Shown: piece after piece, positions 24,408 through 37,376 of the stretch
Position numbering within the stretch: position 1 is the first letter of the stretch
Layout: every line of letters begins with the position of its first letter
Origin: Raja brachyura
Taxonomy: Eukaryota
Assembly (NCBI GenBank): GCA_963514005.1
Contig: OY740812.1
Span: 17,980,001-18,044,000 of the forward strand
DNA: 64,000 bases
Direction of reading: 5' to 3'
Program-made: the position numbers and the translations under genes
Notes under the pieces: generated by a model
What the model was told of the DNA's origin: nothing
The model's input: only the letters and a program-made list of their open reading frames with translations
The model's database searches: none

Positions 24408-26713
24408 CTGGAAAACACAAGGAAACAGAAAGGCTCTCAGCTGAGCAGCTCTTTCCTGGGAATACCCAGGAACACCAACGAAATCTCCACCTTGAACTTT
24501 TACCTGTTTTTTTTAGCTTCCTCTTTGGATTAGATGAATTGGACACACAACGTGACTGAACTTGACCCATTTCGTTTTGTTTAGTTTGGAGATATAGCAC
24601 GGAAAACACATGTCCTCCCACCTCTATTTCTTAGTTCCAGACACCATATACAGATAACGTAAGAATACAAGAAATAGAAGCAGGAATAGGCCATTCAACC
24701 CCACATGCCTGGCCTATCATTCAATAAGACCATGTCTGATAATTTACCCCAGAACCACTTCAATGTACTAAGCCCAAATTCCATCAGAACACAAGGAATG
24801 AAGATCCATCTCACGTTCTCTGCCCCAAGAAAGATCCCTTTACTTTTCATAAGATCACAAGAAATAGAAGGTGGTCTTGGTGGGGAGGATGCTCCTCAAA
24901 CTGAAGAGCATCCAGGACAATACAGCTCACCCCCTCCATAATACATTGGTCAACCTGAGAAGTACCTTCAGCAACAGACTGATTCCACCAAGATGCAGGA
25001 CAGAACGCCACAGGAGATCCTTCTTCCCTGCGGCTATCAAACTTTACAACTCCTCCCCCTTCTTTCGGGGGGGGGGGGGGGGGGGGGGGGGCGGTAGACT
25101 GAGACGGAGAGTGACTCCCTTCCCCCTCCTCATCTTTGCACTTCCCCAAGCTTTTCCACTTGTCACTTTAATTTCATGTATTTTGTGTTTTTTTTATGAC
25201 TGTTGGCAGATCAATTTCCCTCCTGAGATAAATAAAGTTCTATTGTATCATATCGAGTAGAATTAGGCCATTTGATCCATCAAGTCTACGTCGCCATTCA
25301 ATGAGGGCTGATCTATCTCTCCCTCCTAACCCCATTCTCCTGCCTACTCCCCATAACTTCTGACACCCGTAAAACCCGTACTTTTCATTCATGCTATTAA
25401 ATAACTTCATGTTAACTAACAAACACTGACATCATCCCAGGTGCACAAGGAACTGCAGATGCTGGAATCCAGACAAAAGCATAGAGAGCTGGAATTGAGC
25501 AGATCCGGCAACAGCTAGGGAGGGAATGGACAAAATGCTTAAGATCAGGATGCTTCTTCAGACCGATTGGAGGGAAGGGGGGGGGAGGGAAGTACTGGAG
25601 GAACTCAGTAGAACAACAAAACCAGCCTGGCATGTGATAGGTGGAGACAGGTGGGGGCGGGGGTGATTGGAAGATGGGTGGGGTAAGTGACAAAGGCTTG
25701 TGGTGAAAAAGAGACAAAAGGGTGTCAGACAAGGAGAGAGGAGGAGTGAAATGTAAAGCTGGAGGGAGAGATATGGGAGGAAGGGGAAGGGAAAGGAGCT
25801 GGGGTGTCCGTGGTAGTGGCAGATAGTGGCAGGAACGCGAGTGGATCCCTCTACGCGAGGGGTAGAGGAAGGAGAGGGAGTGCAGGGCGTGTTGGAGAAC
25901 CTAATTTCAGGAGAGTGTTAAAGAAGGAACTGCAGATGCTGGAGAATCGAGGGTTACACAAAAAGCTGGAGAAACTCAGCGGGTGCAGCAGCATCTAAGG
26001 GGCGAAGGAGATAGGCGACGTTTCGGGTCGAGACCCTTCTTCAGACATATCATTTCATGTGACAGACGGCTCCACATTAGTTCAGTGTTCTGGAGATTTG
26101 AGGAGGAAATAAACTATCAGGTTTTCTGCTGGATGTTTATCTGTGGCGGTTTGCCTCAGTGGGGACGTAGATTGGACAGGGCCTGCTTTAGGACTGCCCA
26201 TGTACGACACAGAGTAAGAAATAGCCTCGCCCTTCTTACCCAACTGAAGTTTGGTGTTTTTAGTTCTCAACCACAGTAAACTGCTCCCTCTTGTGGTCAC
26301 TTTGCAGCTGTTCAGGCATAGTTTAGAGTTTAAAAAGACAGCTTGGAAACAGGTCCTTCTGCCCACTGAGTCTCCGCTAACTATCGACCACCCCAGCACA
26401 CTAGTTTTGTTATCCCATTTTCTCACCCACTCCCTACATACTGGGGGCAATTTACAGAGGCCAGCTAGCCTACAAACCCGCACGTCTTTGGGATGTGGGG
26501 GGAAACCGGAGCACCCGTAGGAAATTCACGCAGTCACAGTGAGAACATGCGCACTTCAAACAAGCAACATCCAAGGTCAGGATCGAACCTGGGTCCCTGG
26601 AGCTGTGAGGCAGCAACTCTACTCTGAAATGACAATGAGGGAGTGAGGGTACCCGCAAATAGAATCTTTCCATTTCAGCTGTTCATAGGAATCCATTGTT
26701 GCCATTGTCATCA

Positions 26714-27393
26714 CCAGGGGCGCAGAGCGATTGGCTGCCCCGCCAACAGTCTGTTTGTTTTTTTGTCTTAAAAAAAAATTGAGTGCATTTGAGTTTGTCT
26801 AAATCAAGGTAAGGAACTGGTTTGTTTTATGTGAAGGGGGTGGTGGTGGGTCGGGGGAAACTTTGTTTCAGTTCCTTACCTTGCCGGAGACGCGATGTTT
26901 CTGGGTCGTGTCTCCGGTCGCTATGCGGCCTACCATCGATGGAGCTGGAGGCCTCCTCGGACTGACCATTGGCCGCACCACGGGGTGCGGGCTTAATATC
27001 GGAGCCGATCCCATGCCTGGTATCGCTCCAACCGCGGCCTGTGGGCTTACCATCAAAGCTCGCAGTCGGGAAAGGCTAGTGGGCAGCTCCGAACAACGCA
27101 GAGGCTTGGCCAACCCCGACGCAAGGTTCGATCGCCCGCCACAGGGTGCTGACATCCCTCAATGCAGGAGCTGGATCATCACGACTCAGAGAGCCCAAAC
27201 TGCCGCTGACTAGTCAAGATCGTCCCGTCAAGGGAGGGCTCGGGGCCCCCGACTGCGGGAGAGTTAAGGGAAGAGATTGAACTTTTTTTTCGCCTTCCAT
27301 CGCAGCGAGGAATGTGGAGGAGTTGGCAAATGAAACTCCTCCTATGTTGCAAAACATACTTGGCTAATAAAGTATTATTGTGTGATTATGATT
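26714..27393 (+). mobile_element. About 680-bp GC-rich non-coding retroposon-like repeat
   Basis: Homologous to the reverse complement of 51910-52657; ends ttgcaaaacatacttggctaataaagta and a short ATT-rich tail. Confidence 0.7.
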
Positions 27394-28751
27394 CTCCTGG
27401 GCAATACATAGATGGCTCGTCCACATCCACATCATAACTCAGCTATTACCCCTTACAGGTGGCTGAATTGAAGGAACTTCACTTAATTTTACGGGATGTT
27501 CTTCCTCAATCCCTGACATGCGGACAGCATGTGTATGAGTGGGGCTCGCCACGTTGACACAAGAGGATGCATATGCTGGACTCTTGAGCAAAAAATGAGT
27601 GCTGGAGGAACTCAGCGGGTCAGGTATCAGGTGGAGGGAGTGGGCCTGCGATATTTTGGGCCGGGACCCTTGTTCAGACTGATAGGACAAGAATCCCCCC
27701 CTCCCAAAAAAATGTGTGAAGAATGGCCCCAACCTCAAGTGACTCCACCACTTCCCCTTCATCTACTAATCACTTGCCAGGCTTCATTCTGGCCCCACCC
27801 TACTCTGTTCTGTCTTTCTCCAGGCCTATTAGAACAGACTGAAGAAAGGTCCCGACATCCAAATGTCATCTGTCCATTTCCCTCCACAGACGCTGCTTGA
27901 CCTGCTGAGTTCCTGCATCATTTTCTTTTTTGCTCGGGGATTGAAATGTTATCTGATAACCTTTCCTTTGAAGAGCAAAACCAGCTGAAACAAGAACGCT
28001 CGACAGGGAGGAGGTCTCTTTTACTGCAATTAATATTCTCACCCATCTTCAGTGAGATATCGATCCGCCCCATCCCAGCAGGTCCCCTTAACTGTCCCGC
28101 CATTCTTTATCCACGCTTCTGTTTGGCTGCATTGCAAGGAAATCCTTCAGAAGAAAAGAAATAGGTGACGTTTCAGGTCAAAACCCTTCTTCGGACCCGA
28201 AATGTCACCCATTTCTTTTCTTCAGAGATGCTGCCTGACCCACTGAGATACTAGTGCAGCTAGTAGGAATGCCATCATCCTGTTCCCATTCCACATGACA
28301 ATGAAATAGTCTTGATGGGAAAACAACCACAGAGTTTGCACCTTCTCCCCAACTGTGTTCCCACGTCCTTTTGCATTCCAGACGCGTGCTGACTGGTTGT
28401 AAATTGCCCTTGATTTAGGAGATTGGAGCACAAGGGTGAAGCTGCTGGGAATGTGAAAGACAACGTTGTATGGAAACAGATGGGGAGAATGGGATTGATG
28501 GCATGAGGGACAACAATGACTTGATGGGAGAATTGCTTCTCATGTTGAAAGATAAAAAAAGATTGTCATTGCTAAATCAATGAGCAGGGCTCGAAATTAG
28601 CGGTTACCCGGGTGCCAATGATCACTCAAAATGCCGCCGGGCAACATACACGCCGAGTCATTTTGCCCGGCTTGGCACGCAAATACTGGTTTATACCGAA
28701 AGACACAGAAAACTGGGTAACTCAGCGGGTTAGGCAGAATCTCTGGCGAAT

Positions 28752-31700
28752 CTCTGTCGGGGAGGATTTAAACTGTGTCAGGGGGATGGGTACAAGAGCA
28801 GAGAGGCAGGTGGGTGTAAAACGAGTGTAGAAGCAATAGGGAGCAAGGTGAAAAGTAAAAGTGGCAGGCAGACAAAACCAGGGCAAAAATCAAAAAGAGC
28901 TACTTCTCAACAAAATTGTATAAGGGGTAAGAGCGTTGTAAAAACAAGCCTGAAGGCTTTGTGTCTCAATGCAAGGAGTATTCGTAATAAGGTGGATGAG
29001 TTGAACGTGCAGATAGCTATTAATGATTATGATATAGTTGGGATCACGGAGACATGGCTCCAGGGTGACCAAGACTGGGAGCTGAACATCCAGGGATATT
29101 CAATATTCAGGAGGGATAGAAAGAACGGAAAAGGAGGTGGGGTAGCGTTGCTGGTTAGAGAGGAGATTAACGCAATGAAAAGGAAGGACATTAGCTTGGA
29201 GGATGTGGAATCGGTATGGGTAGAGCTGCGAAACACTAAGGGGCAGAAAATTCTGGTGGGTGTTGTGCACAGGCCACCTAACAGTAGTAGTGAAGTTGGG
29301 GATGGTATCAAACAGGAAATTAGAAATGCGTGCGACAAAGGCAAAACAGTTATAATGGGTGACTTCAATCTACATATAGATTGGGTGAATCAAATTGGCA
29401 GGGGCGCTGAGGAAGAGGATTTTTTGGAATGTATGCGGGATAGTTATCTAAATCAACATGTAGGGGAACCAACGAGAGAGCAGGCTATTTTAGACTGGGT
29501 ATTGAGTAATGAGGAAGGGTTAGTTAGCAGTCTTGGTGTGCTTGCCCCCTTGGCAAGAGTGACCATAATATGGTCGAGTTCTTCATTAGGATGGATAGTG
29601 ACTTTGTTAATTCAGAAACAATGGTTCTGAACTTAAAGAAGTGTAACTTTGAGGGTATGAGACGTGAATTGGCCAAGATTGACTGGCAATCAATTCTAAA
29701 AGGGTTGACGCTGGATACGCAATGGAAGACATTTAAAGACTGCATGGATGAACTACAAAAATTGTTCATCCCAGTTTGGCAAAAGAATAAATCAGGGAAG
29801 GTAGGGCATCCGTGGATAACAAGGGAAATCAGGGATAGTATCAAAGCAAAGGATGATGCGTACAAAGTAGCCAGAAAAAGCAGCATACTAGAGGATGGAG
29901 AAATTCAGAGACCAGCAGAGGAGGACAAAGGGCTTAATTATTAAAGGAAAAATAGATTATGAAAGAAAACTGTCAGGGAACATAAAAACTGACTGCAAAC
30001 GTTTTTATAGATATGTCAAGAGAAAGAGATTAGTCAAAACAAATGTAGGTCCCTTGCAGTCAGAAACAGGTGAGTTGATCATGGGGAACAAGGATATGGC
30101 GGGCCAATTGAATAACTACTTTGGTTCCGTCTTCACTAAGGAAGACATAAATAATCTGCCGGAAATAGCAGGGGACCATGGGTCAAAGGAGGAATTGAGT
30201 GAAATCCCGGTTAGTTGGGAAGTGGTGTTGGGTAAATTGAATGGATTAAAGGCCAATAAATCCCCCAGGGCCAGATAGGCTGCATTCCAGAGTACTTAAG
30301 GAAGTAGCTCCGGAAATAGTGGATGCATTAGTGATAATCTTTCAAAGATTCTGGAGTAGTTCCTGAGGATTGGCGGGCAGCAAACGTAACCCCTCTTTTT
30401 AAGAAGGGGGGGGGAGAGAGAAAACGGGGAATTACAGACCAGTTAGTCTAACATCGGTAGTGGGGAAATTGCTAGAGTCAGTTATTAAAGATGGGATAGC
30501 AGCACATTTGGAAAGTGGTGAAATCATTGGACAAAGTCAGCATGGATTTACGAAAGGTAAATCATGTCTGACGAATCTTGTGGAATTTTTCGAGGATGTA
30601 ACCAGTAGCATGGATAGGGGAGAACCAGTGGATGTGGTGTATCTGGACTTCCAGAAGGCTTTCGACAAGGTCCCTCATAAGAGATTAGTATACAAACTTA
30701 AAGCATATGGCATTGGGGGTTCAGTATTGATGTGGATAGAGAACTGGCTGGCAAACAGGAAGCAAAGAGTAGGAGTATACGGGTCCTTTTCACAATGGCA
30801 GGCAGTGACCAGTGGGGTACCGCAAGGCTCAGTGCTGGGACCCCAGCTATTTACAATATACATTAATGATCTGGGTGAGGGAATTGAAGGCAATATCTCC
30901 AAGTTTGCGGATGATACTAAGCTGGGGGGCAGTGTTAAAGTTAGTGAGGAGGATGCTAGGAGACTGCAAGGTGACTTGGATAGGCTGGGTGAGTGGGCAA
31001 ATGTTTGGCAGATGCAGAATAATGTGGATAAATGTGAGGTTATCCACTTTGGTGGCAAAAACAGGAAAGCAGACTATTATCTAAATGGTGGCCGATTAGG
31101 AAAAGGGGAGATGCAGCACGACCTGGGTGTCATGGTACACCAGTCATTGAAAGTAGGCCTGCAGGTGCAGCAGGCAGTGAAGAAAGCGAATGGTATGTTA
31201 GCTTTCATAGCAAAAGGATTTGAGTATAGGAGCAGGGAGGTTCTACTTCAGTTGTATAGGGTCTTGGTGAGACCACACCTGGAGTATTGCGTACAGTTCT
31301 GGTCTCCAAATCTGAGGAAGGACATTATTGCCATAGAGGGAGTGCAGAGAAGGTTCACAAGCCTGATTCCTGGTATGTCAGGACTGTCTTATGAACAAAG
31401 ACTGGATAGACTCGGTTTATACTCTCTAGAATTTAGGAGATTGGGAGGGGATCTTATAGAAACTTACAAAATTCTTCAGGGGTTGGACAGGCTAGATGCA
31501 GGAAGATTGTCCCCGATGTTTGGAAAGTCCAGGACAAGGGGTCACAGCTTAAGGATAAGGGGGAAATCCTTTAGGGCCGAGATGAGAAGGACTTTTTTCA
31601 CACAGAGAGTGGTGGATCTCTGGAACTCTCTGCCACAGAGGATCGTTGAGGCCAGTTCATTGGCTATATTTAAGAGGGAGTTAGATGTGGCCCTTGTGGC

Positions 31701-31836
31701 TAAGGGGATCAGAGGGTATGGAGAGAAGGCAGGTACGGGATACTGAGTTGGATGATCAGCCATGATCATATTGAATGGCGGTGCAGGCTCGAAGGGCCGA
31801 ATGGCCAATCTTGCACCTAATTTCTATGTTTCTATG
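28752..31836 (+). mobile_element. 5'-truncated CR1-clade LINE; ORF2 (APE + RT) broken by frameshifts
   Basis: APE motifs (CLNARS, GITETW, VIMGDFN) in 28848..29630; RT motifs (YLDFQKAFDKVPH, SGVPQGSVLGP, KFADDTK) in 30460..31746; 3' tail (TTTCTATG)n. Confidence 0.95.
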
Positions 31837-32844
31837 AATAGGAACGTGACGTTTCACGTCGGCGGGTCTATTGCGGGGCAAAGATACTAGGAGCGGGGTG
31901 ACGAAGGGTCGGAGCGAATGACGGGCTCCGAACAGTGGCAGCAGCGGCCGCGAGAGTGGCTCCACCGCCTCCTCGTCCCGCACCCTGCTCGGCGGAAGGA
32001 GACCTCCCACTCCCTCTCCCGACCTCGGCGTGCGAGAGGGGTTGTTTTGAAAGCACCATTGGTGGATTTGCAGCAGTATCTTTTGATTTGCAGGCAGCGG
32101 CCGCTATCGCCCTGATAACGGCCGCTGCTTGCAAATCCGCTAACGGCGCTTTCAAAACAACCCCTCTCGCACGCCGAGGCCGGGAGGAGGGGACGGTGGA
32201 ACCGCTGTCGCGGCCGCTGAAGCTATAGGATCTTTGAGCTGCACCATTGGATCTCCTGAGGAGATCCCAACCACCTCCCCCTTTGGCGGCGGCGTTGGGC
32301 AGGGACGGCCAAGGCAGCGGGCGATGTTGTCCGAGGAGCGCTGACCTTCCTTCCTCCCCACCTCCTCTGTCCCTTCCCCCCCCCCCGCTCTCTTGTACGC
32401 AACCCCCCACCTCTACCCCTCCTCTCCATCCCACACTGATCCCCATTCCCTCCTCTATTCATTCCTCACTGACATCCCCTGTGCTCCCCTCCCAATCTAC
32501 TCCCCCCCCCCCCAATCTATTCATCATCCTACCCACCTCGCATTGATACTCCTGCCACCGCCCACCCCCCACCCATACTACACTGGTCCCCCAGTTCATC
32601 TTGTACTGACCCCCCTTCCATCCATCCTGCACTTCTCCCCCCATTCATACTGCACTGTTCCTCCCATTCATCCCGTACTGACCCACCCTCCATTTACCCT
32701 GCACCAATCCCCCCCCCATCCATCCTGTAGGGATCTCCCCATTCATCTTTTACTGATCCCCCATTCATACTGTACTGATCCCCTCATGCATCCTGTACTG
32801 ATCTCCTCATTCATCCTGCTGTGTTTCTCCAGCACTTTTGTCTA

Positions 32845-34686
32845 CAGGGATCTCGCTTAACTTTTTTTCCCTTGACAGCTTTTTAGGTTGCCAAATGACA
32901 GTTTAGGTGGTCATTGAAGACGGTTTGCATGACACGTGCGATAATGTGCTCGGATGAAGTGCACAGTTACCAGTCAGAATTATGCTCAATGAAGCATTCA
33001 CATATTATGTTCAAGAAGGAACTGCAGATGATGGAAATCAAAGGTGGATAAAAGTGCTGGAGAAACTCAGGCGGGTGCAGCAGCATCTGTGGAGCGAAGG
33101 AAATAGGCAACATTTCAGGCCAAAACCCATCAGTCTGAAGAAGGGTTTCGGCCCGAAACGTTCCCTATTTCCATCCATCGATGGATGCTGCCGCATCCGC
33201 TGAGTTTCTCCAGCACTTTTTTCTACATTCATATATTATTTCTGCTTCAAATAACTCACAAACTAAACATATTCACCAATCAAGACATGATATATACCAC
33301 AATGACATGCAGCAAAATTATAATACAATATCTCAACTCTTTTTACACATTGCAATTAATGCAATTGCTATTAGTTCTTTCCACTTCCAAACAAAAATGT
33401 GGTTGGATTATTCAGCAAATGATCAACCAGTGTCAATAAATCCTGACCCATGCACACTACAGATTGATGCAAGCATGTTTTCAGTGAAGGACCGAAAATT
33501 ACCATGACATGGCCATAGCATGGGTCGTTATTGCTATTGGCACAGAAACACTCTGGCTTCCCACATAATTTATATAGAACAAAATATACAGGTTGCAAGG
33601 CAGTTTATGATAATAGCTGTTAAAACCGACTATACCCATCTGACAGGTTAAACATTACACTAACTGACAGAGATGGCCAAAGGACATAACTGCAGCAAAT
33701 GTTCTTTTGGTAATATGTTTAAAGGTGTCAAAACAAATAATAACATTGGGAATTAAAACACATTTGATTGCATTCCGTTATCAAACATAGTCAATGTTTG
33801 CTCCGAAGACCATGAATCACAATAGGGTCAGAGGGTGTGTGAATCAGTGCAGGGTGGGTAGATGGCGGGGGGGGGGGGGGGGGGGGGGGGTGGTTGAGAA
33901 GGCAATCGATGCGGAATGAATGGATTGAGGCAGGTGAATTAGTATGTGTTGGTTGGAGTATGTAAAATTGTGAGGGGAGAGCACGGGGGATGTCAGTGGT
34001 GTTGAATGGAGGGATCAGTACGGGACGGATGGGGGGGGGGGGGGGAAATCAGTACAGGGTAAATGGGGGTAGATAAAAATGCTGGAGAAATTCAGCGGGT
34101 GAGGCAGCACCTATGGAGCTAAGGAAATAGGCAACGTTTCGGGTCGAGACCCTTCTTCAGATTGTTCCCCCCATTCTTCTTGAATGGGAGAGGGAGAGGG
34201 AGAGGAGGTGGGGAGGAAGGAAAGTCAGCGCTCCTCGGACAACATCGCTCGCTGCCTCGGCCGTCCCTGTCCAATGCCAAAGTGCCGCCGCCAAAGGGGG
34301 TGGCGGTTGGGAACTCGTCGCCACCGCCTCCCTCCTCCGCCAGCCAACAGGAAGGTGCGGGGCCCGGGCGGGGTGCGGGAGGAGGAGGCCGTAGAGCTGT
34401 TGCCGCTGTTCGGGGCCCGTCATTCGCTCCGACCCTTCGTCACCCCGCACCTAGTATCTTTGCCCCGCAATCAAAGATACTAGAGGAATGAAGCCGTTGA
34501 CACGAAACGTCACGCTCCTATTCTCCAGAGATGCTGCCTGACCCGCGGAGTTACTCCAGTTTTTTGTGTCTACCGGTATTCTCCAGAGATGCTTGCCAAC
34601 CCGCGCAAAATGAGTCGGCATTTAGGTTGCCCGGCGGCACTTTGGGTGGTCATTGGCACCCGGGCAACCGCTAATTTCAAGCCCTG
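32845..34686 (-). mobile_element. Non-autonomous TIR DNA transposon B of the same family, nested in A
   Basis: Ends CAGGGATCTCGCTT... and ...AATTTCAAGCCCTG; exact 5-bp TSD gtcta at 32840-32844 and 34687-34691. Confidence 0.85.
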
Positions 34687-35219
34687 GTCTACCTTCGATT
34701 TTTCAGCATCTGCAGTTCCTTCTTGAACATAATATTTGAATGCTTCATTGAGCATAATTCCGACTGGTAACTACGCACTTCGTCCGAGCACATTATCGCA
34801 TGTGTCATGCAAATCGTCTTAAATGACCACCTAAATTGTCAGTTGGCAACCTAAAAAGCTGTCAAGGTTGCCCGGCTAGCAACAGAGAAAAAAAGTTAAG
34901 CGAGAGCCCTGATGAACTGTCTTCAGTTTCCCTTAAAAAAACAATTTTCAATTTGAGTCAGTCACACAGGGCAGAAATAGGCCCTTCAGCCCAATCTTTC
35001 CATTCTGACCAAGATGTAATTAATTGTTATCTAATTTGTTATCCTCCTAATGCTTGAGATTTAACAAATGCCATCTATTTTAATGTCATACAGGATAGAA
35101 ACAAGCCCTTCAGCCCAATTTATGCATCTGGCTGGATTAGCTGGAAGCTAGGTGGTGGGGCCCAGCTTGACTGCCTCATCCAAGCTGGTCCCATTTGCCC
35201 ATGCCTGGCCCATAACCCG

Positions 35220-35548
35220 CTAGATGCAGGAAACATGGTCCCCATGTTGGGGGAGTCCAGAACCAGGGGTCATGGTTTATGAATAAGGGGTAGGCCATTT
35301 AGGACTGAGATAGGGAAAAACCTTTGCAGCCAGAGAGTTGTAAATCTGTGGGATTCTCTGCCACAGAAGACAGTGGGGGCCAATTCACTGGATGTTTTCA
35401 AGGGACAGTTAGGCCTAAAGGGATCAAGTGATATGGGGAAAAAGCAGGAACGGATTATTGATTTTGGATGATCAGCCATGATCATATTGAATGGCGGTGC
35501 TGGCTCGAAGGGCCAAATAGCCTACTCCTACATCTATTTTCTATGTAT
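35220..35548 (+). mobile_element. CR1 3' fragment ending about 33 nt from the exon 6 donor
   Basis: gggagtccagaaccaggggtca...ggctcgaagggccaaatagcctactcc...tttctatg. Confidence 0.8.
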
Positions 35549-35580
35549 CTAACCCTCAACAACTTTCCAAAAAGGTTTAC

Positions 35581-35687
35581 CTTTTCAAGGCCCAGATCTT
35601 CTACAGAATCGCAGAACACCTCGCTCTCCGAGTCACTCGTGGGGCTATTGGCATCAATTACATCCACTGTGGAATTCCAGTTAATGC
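35581..35687 (-). CDS. ACBD4: ACBD4-like coding exon 6 with FFAT motif (GINWNSTVDVIDANSPTSDSESEVFCDSVEDLGLEK)
   Basis: Acidic tract plus EVFCDS.E FFAT core as in ACBD4/ACBD5; acceptor ttttcag|, donor AAG|GTAAAC; 107 nt, phase 1 to 0. Confidence 0.93.
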
Positions 35688-37169
35688 CTGAAAACCAAAG
35701 AGCAAAGTCGGTGTTCAACAAAGGAAAATCTCTCAGCCCGACCGTTTGTTGAATGTTTTCATTTTCAGTCCAAACTTGACTGGAGTAGCTTCATGTTCTG
35801 CTCTTGCAGATCACAATCCTTCATCTTGGTGTCAAAAGGGCACATTCATTATGGCTGGTTCTTCATGTGGGAAACAATTGCTTCAAAACCCACAGATTTA
35901 ACAATAAAAATGGACCAGTTGAAAAATGAGCACAAAAAAAAAATCAAAGTGCTGGAGGAGCTCAGTAGAACAGGCAATATCTGTTGAAGAAATGGACAGA
36001 TGAAGTTTGGGGTCGGGTTCCTCCTCCAGCCTGAAGAAGGGTCCCAATCCAGAACGTTGTCTATCCATTCCCTCCACAGATGCTGCCCAATCGGCTCAGT
36101 TCCTCCAGCAGTTTGTATTTTCTTCAGGATTCAAGCATCTGCAGTTCCTTGTGTCTCCAATTAAACACCGATTCTTACAAATGATTTCCCAAGCTTTCAA
36201 AATCAGTGATCAAACAAGACCTCACTGAACAAGAGAACATTTTGGGGAACACATGGGACTTGCATCCAGTCAGATTTTCTCAGTGCAGATTTTGAGAGCT
36301 TCAATGCAGAGCACAGCTCTGCAGAATGGTGAGTTGCTTGTTATGACAAAATATTTTACGTATTACAATTAGTTTGCATTAACTTTAGTTTAGAGATACA
36401 GATTGCAAACAGGCCCTTTGGCCCACCGGGTTCATGCCGACCATCGATCACCCATTCACACCAGTTCTATATAATCCCACTTTCTCTTCCACTCCCAACA
36501 CATCAGGAGTCAATTTTACAGAGGCCAATTAACCTACAAATCCGCATGTTGTTTGGGAAGTTGGTGAATCCCGTGCAATCACAGGGAGAACTTGCAAACT
36601 CCACATGAACAACACCCGGAGGTCAGGATCGAACTCGGGTCTCCGACACAGTGAGGCTGCATCCTTAGTAGCAAAAACAATTAATGTGGATGCAATGGAA
36701 AATATATTTTACATATAAAAAGTGCTGGATGAGAACGAAAGTACTGTAAATTATAATACCTAGCACTTAAAAATGCAGCAGATATTAATGGTTAAGTAAA
36801 TTAGTAAGCCAAGTAACAAAAAGAACCATCGACACTATTGACATAGTGATAGAAGTTGCACAGCAGGAACAGTGAGATCAGCTTAAATGGACCTTGTTTA
36901 TTTGTAGATAAATAGGTTCAATCAACAGTGTCAATGGTAACTCCATGCACTGTGGCTTAAAAAAAAGCCTTTTTTGACAGCAAAGACTTGCAGAGTTTGA
37001 AAGCTGCCCTGCCCTTCAATAGTTATGTCGTCCTTCTTGTTCACATATCCTGTTCATCAAGCATTTGTCGCAGTTCCTTTTTAATCTGCTCCCACCCTTT
37101 CAAGCATTGCCGCCTAGATCGTAACTCTCAGGTGGGTAAAATTCCACATGTTCCCTTTGGTTCATTTAC

Positions 37170-37376
37170 CGTTTGCCATATGTGTAGCTGCCTGAAGCTC
37201 GTGGGAACTCTCAAGAGGTTGTATGGTGTTTACAAGATCCTTGGTACTTTCCAGCTGAAAGATCTCCACCTCTGCATCAAGATCTTCACCTTCCGAACGG
37301 TCATCTTTCGTTAGATATGACCCGTTGTCACTGGCATCATCTTTCCCGACATCCTCGTGAAATCGGACCATTTTTA
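37170..37376 (-). CDS. ACBD4: ACBD4-like coding exon 5, acidic low-complexity linker (VKMVRFHEDVGKDD...AATHMAN)
   Basis: Open frame inside ORF 37162..37386; acceptor tttgtag|, donor G|GTAAAT; 207 nt, phase 1 to 1, compatible with both neighbours. Confidence 0.8.

Larger units (their letters stand above)
28585..34911 (+). mobile_element. Non-autonomous TIR DNA transposon A (hAT-like), containing the CR1 and element B
   Basis: Ends CAGGGCTCGAAATT... and ...AAGCGAGAGCCCTG; flanks atgag/atgaa (5 bp, one mismatch); homologous to element B in opposite orientation. Confidence 0.75.

Noticed and set aside
26872-26900. U1 snRNA 5'-like cttaccttgccggaga
   Set aside because: The match is too short, is not kept in the second repeat copy, and no other U1 features follow.
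27439-27582. Possible extra minus-strand ACBD4 exon (SPAYASSCVNVASP...)
   Set aside because: The apparent acceptor and first codons lie inside a pLTR/SINE-type repeat, and the gene model is in phase without it.
31868-32860. Long GC-rich and Pro/His-rich ORFs
   Set aside because: Low-complexity internal sequence of DNA transposon A; no transposase or other domain motifs.
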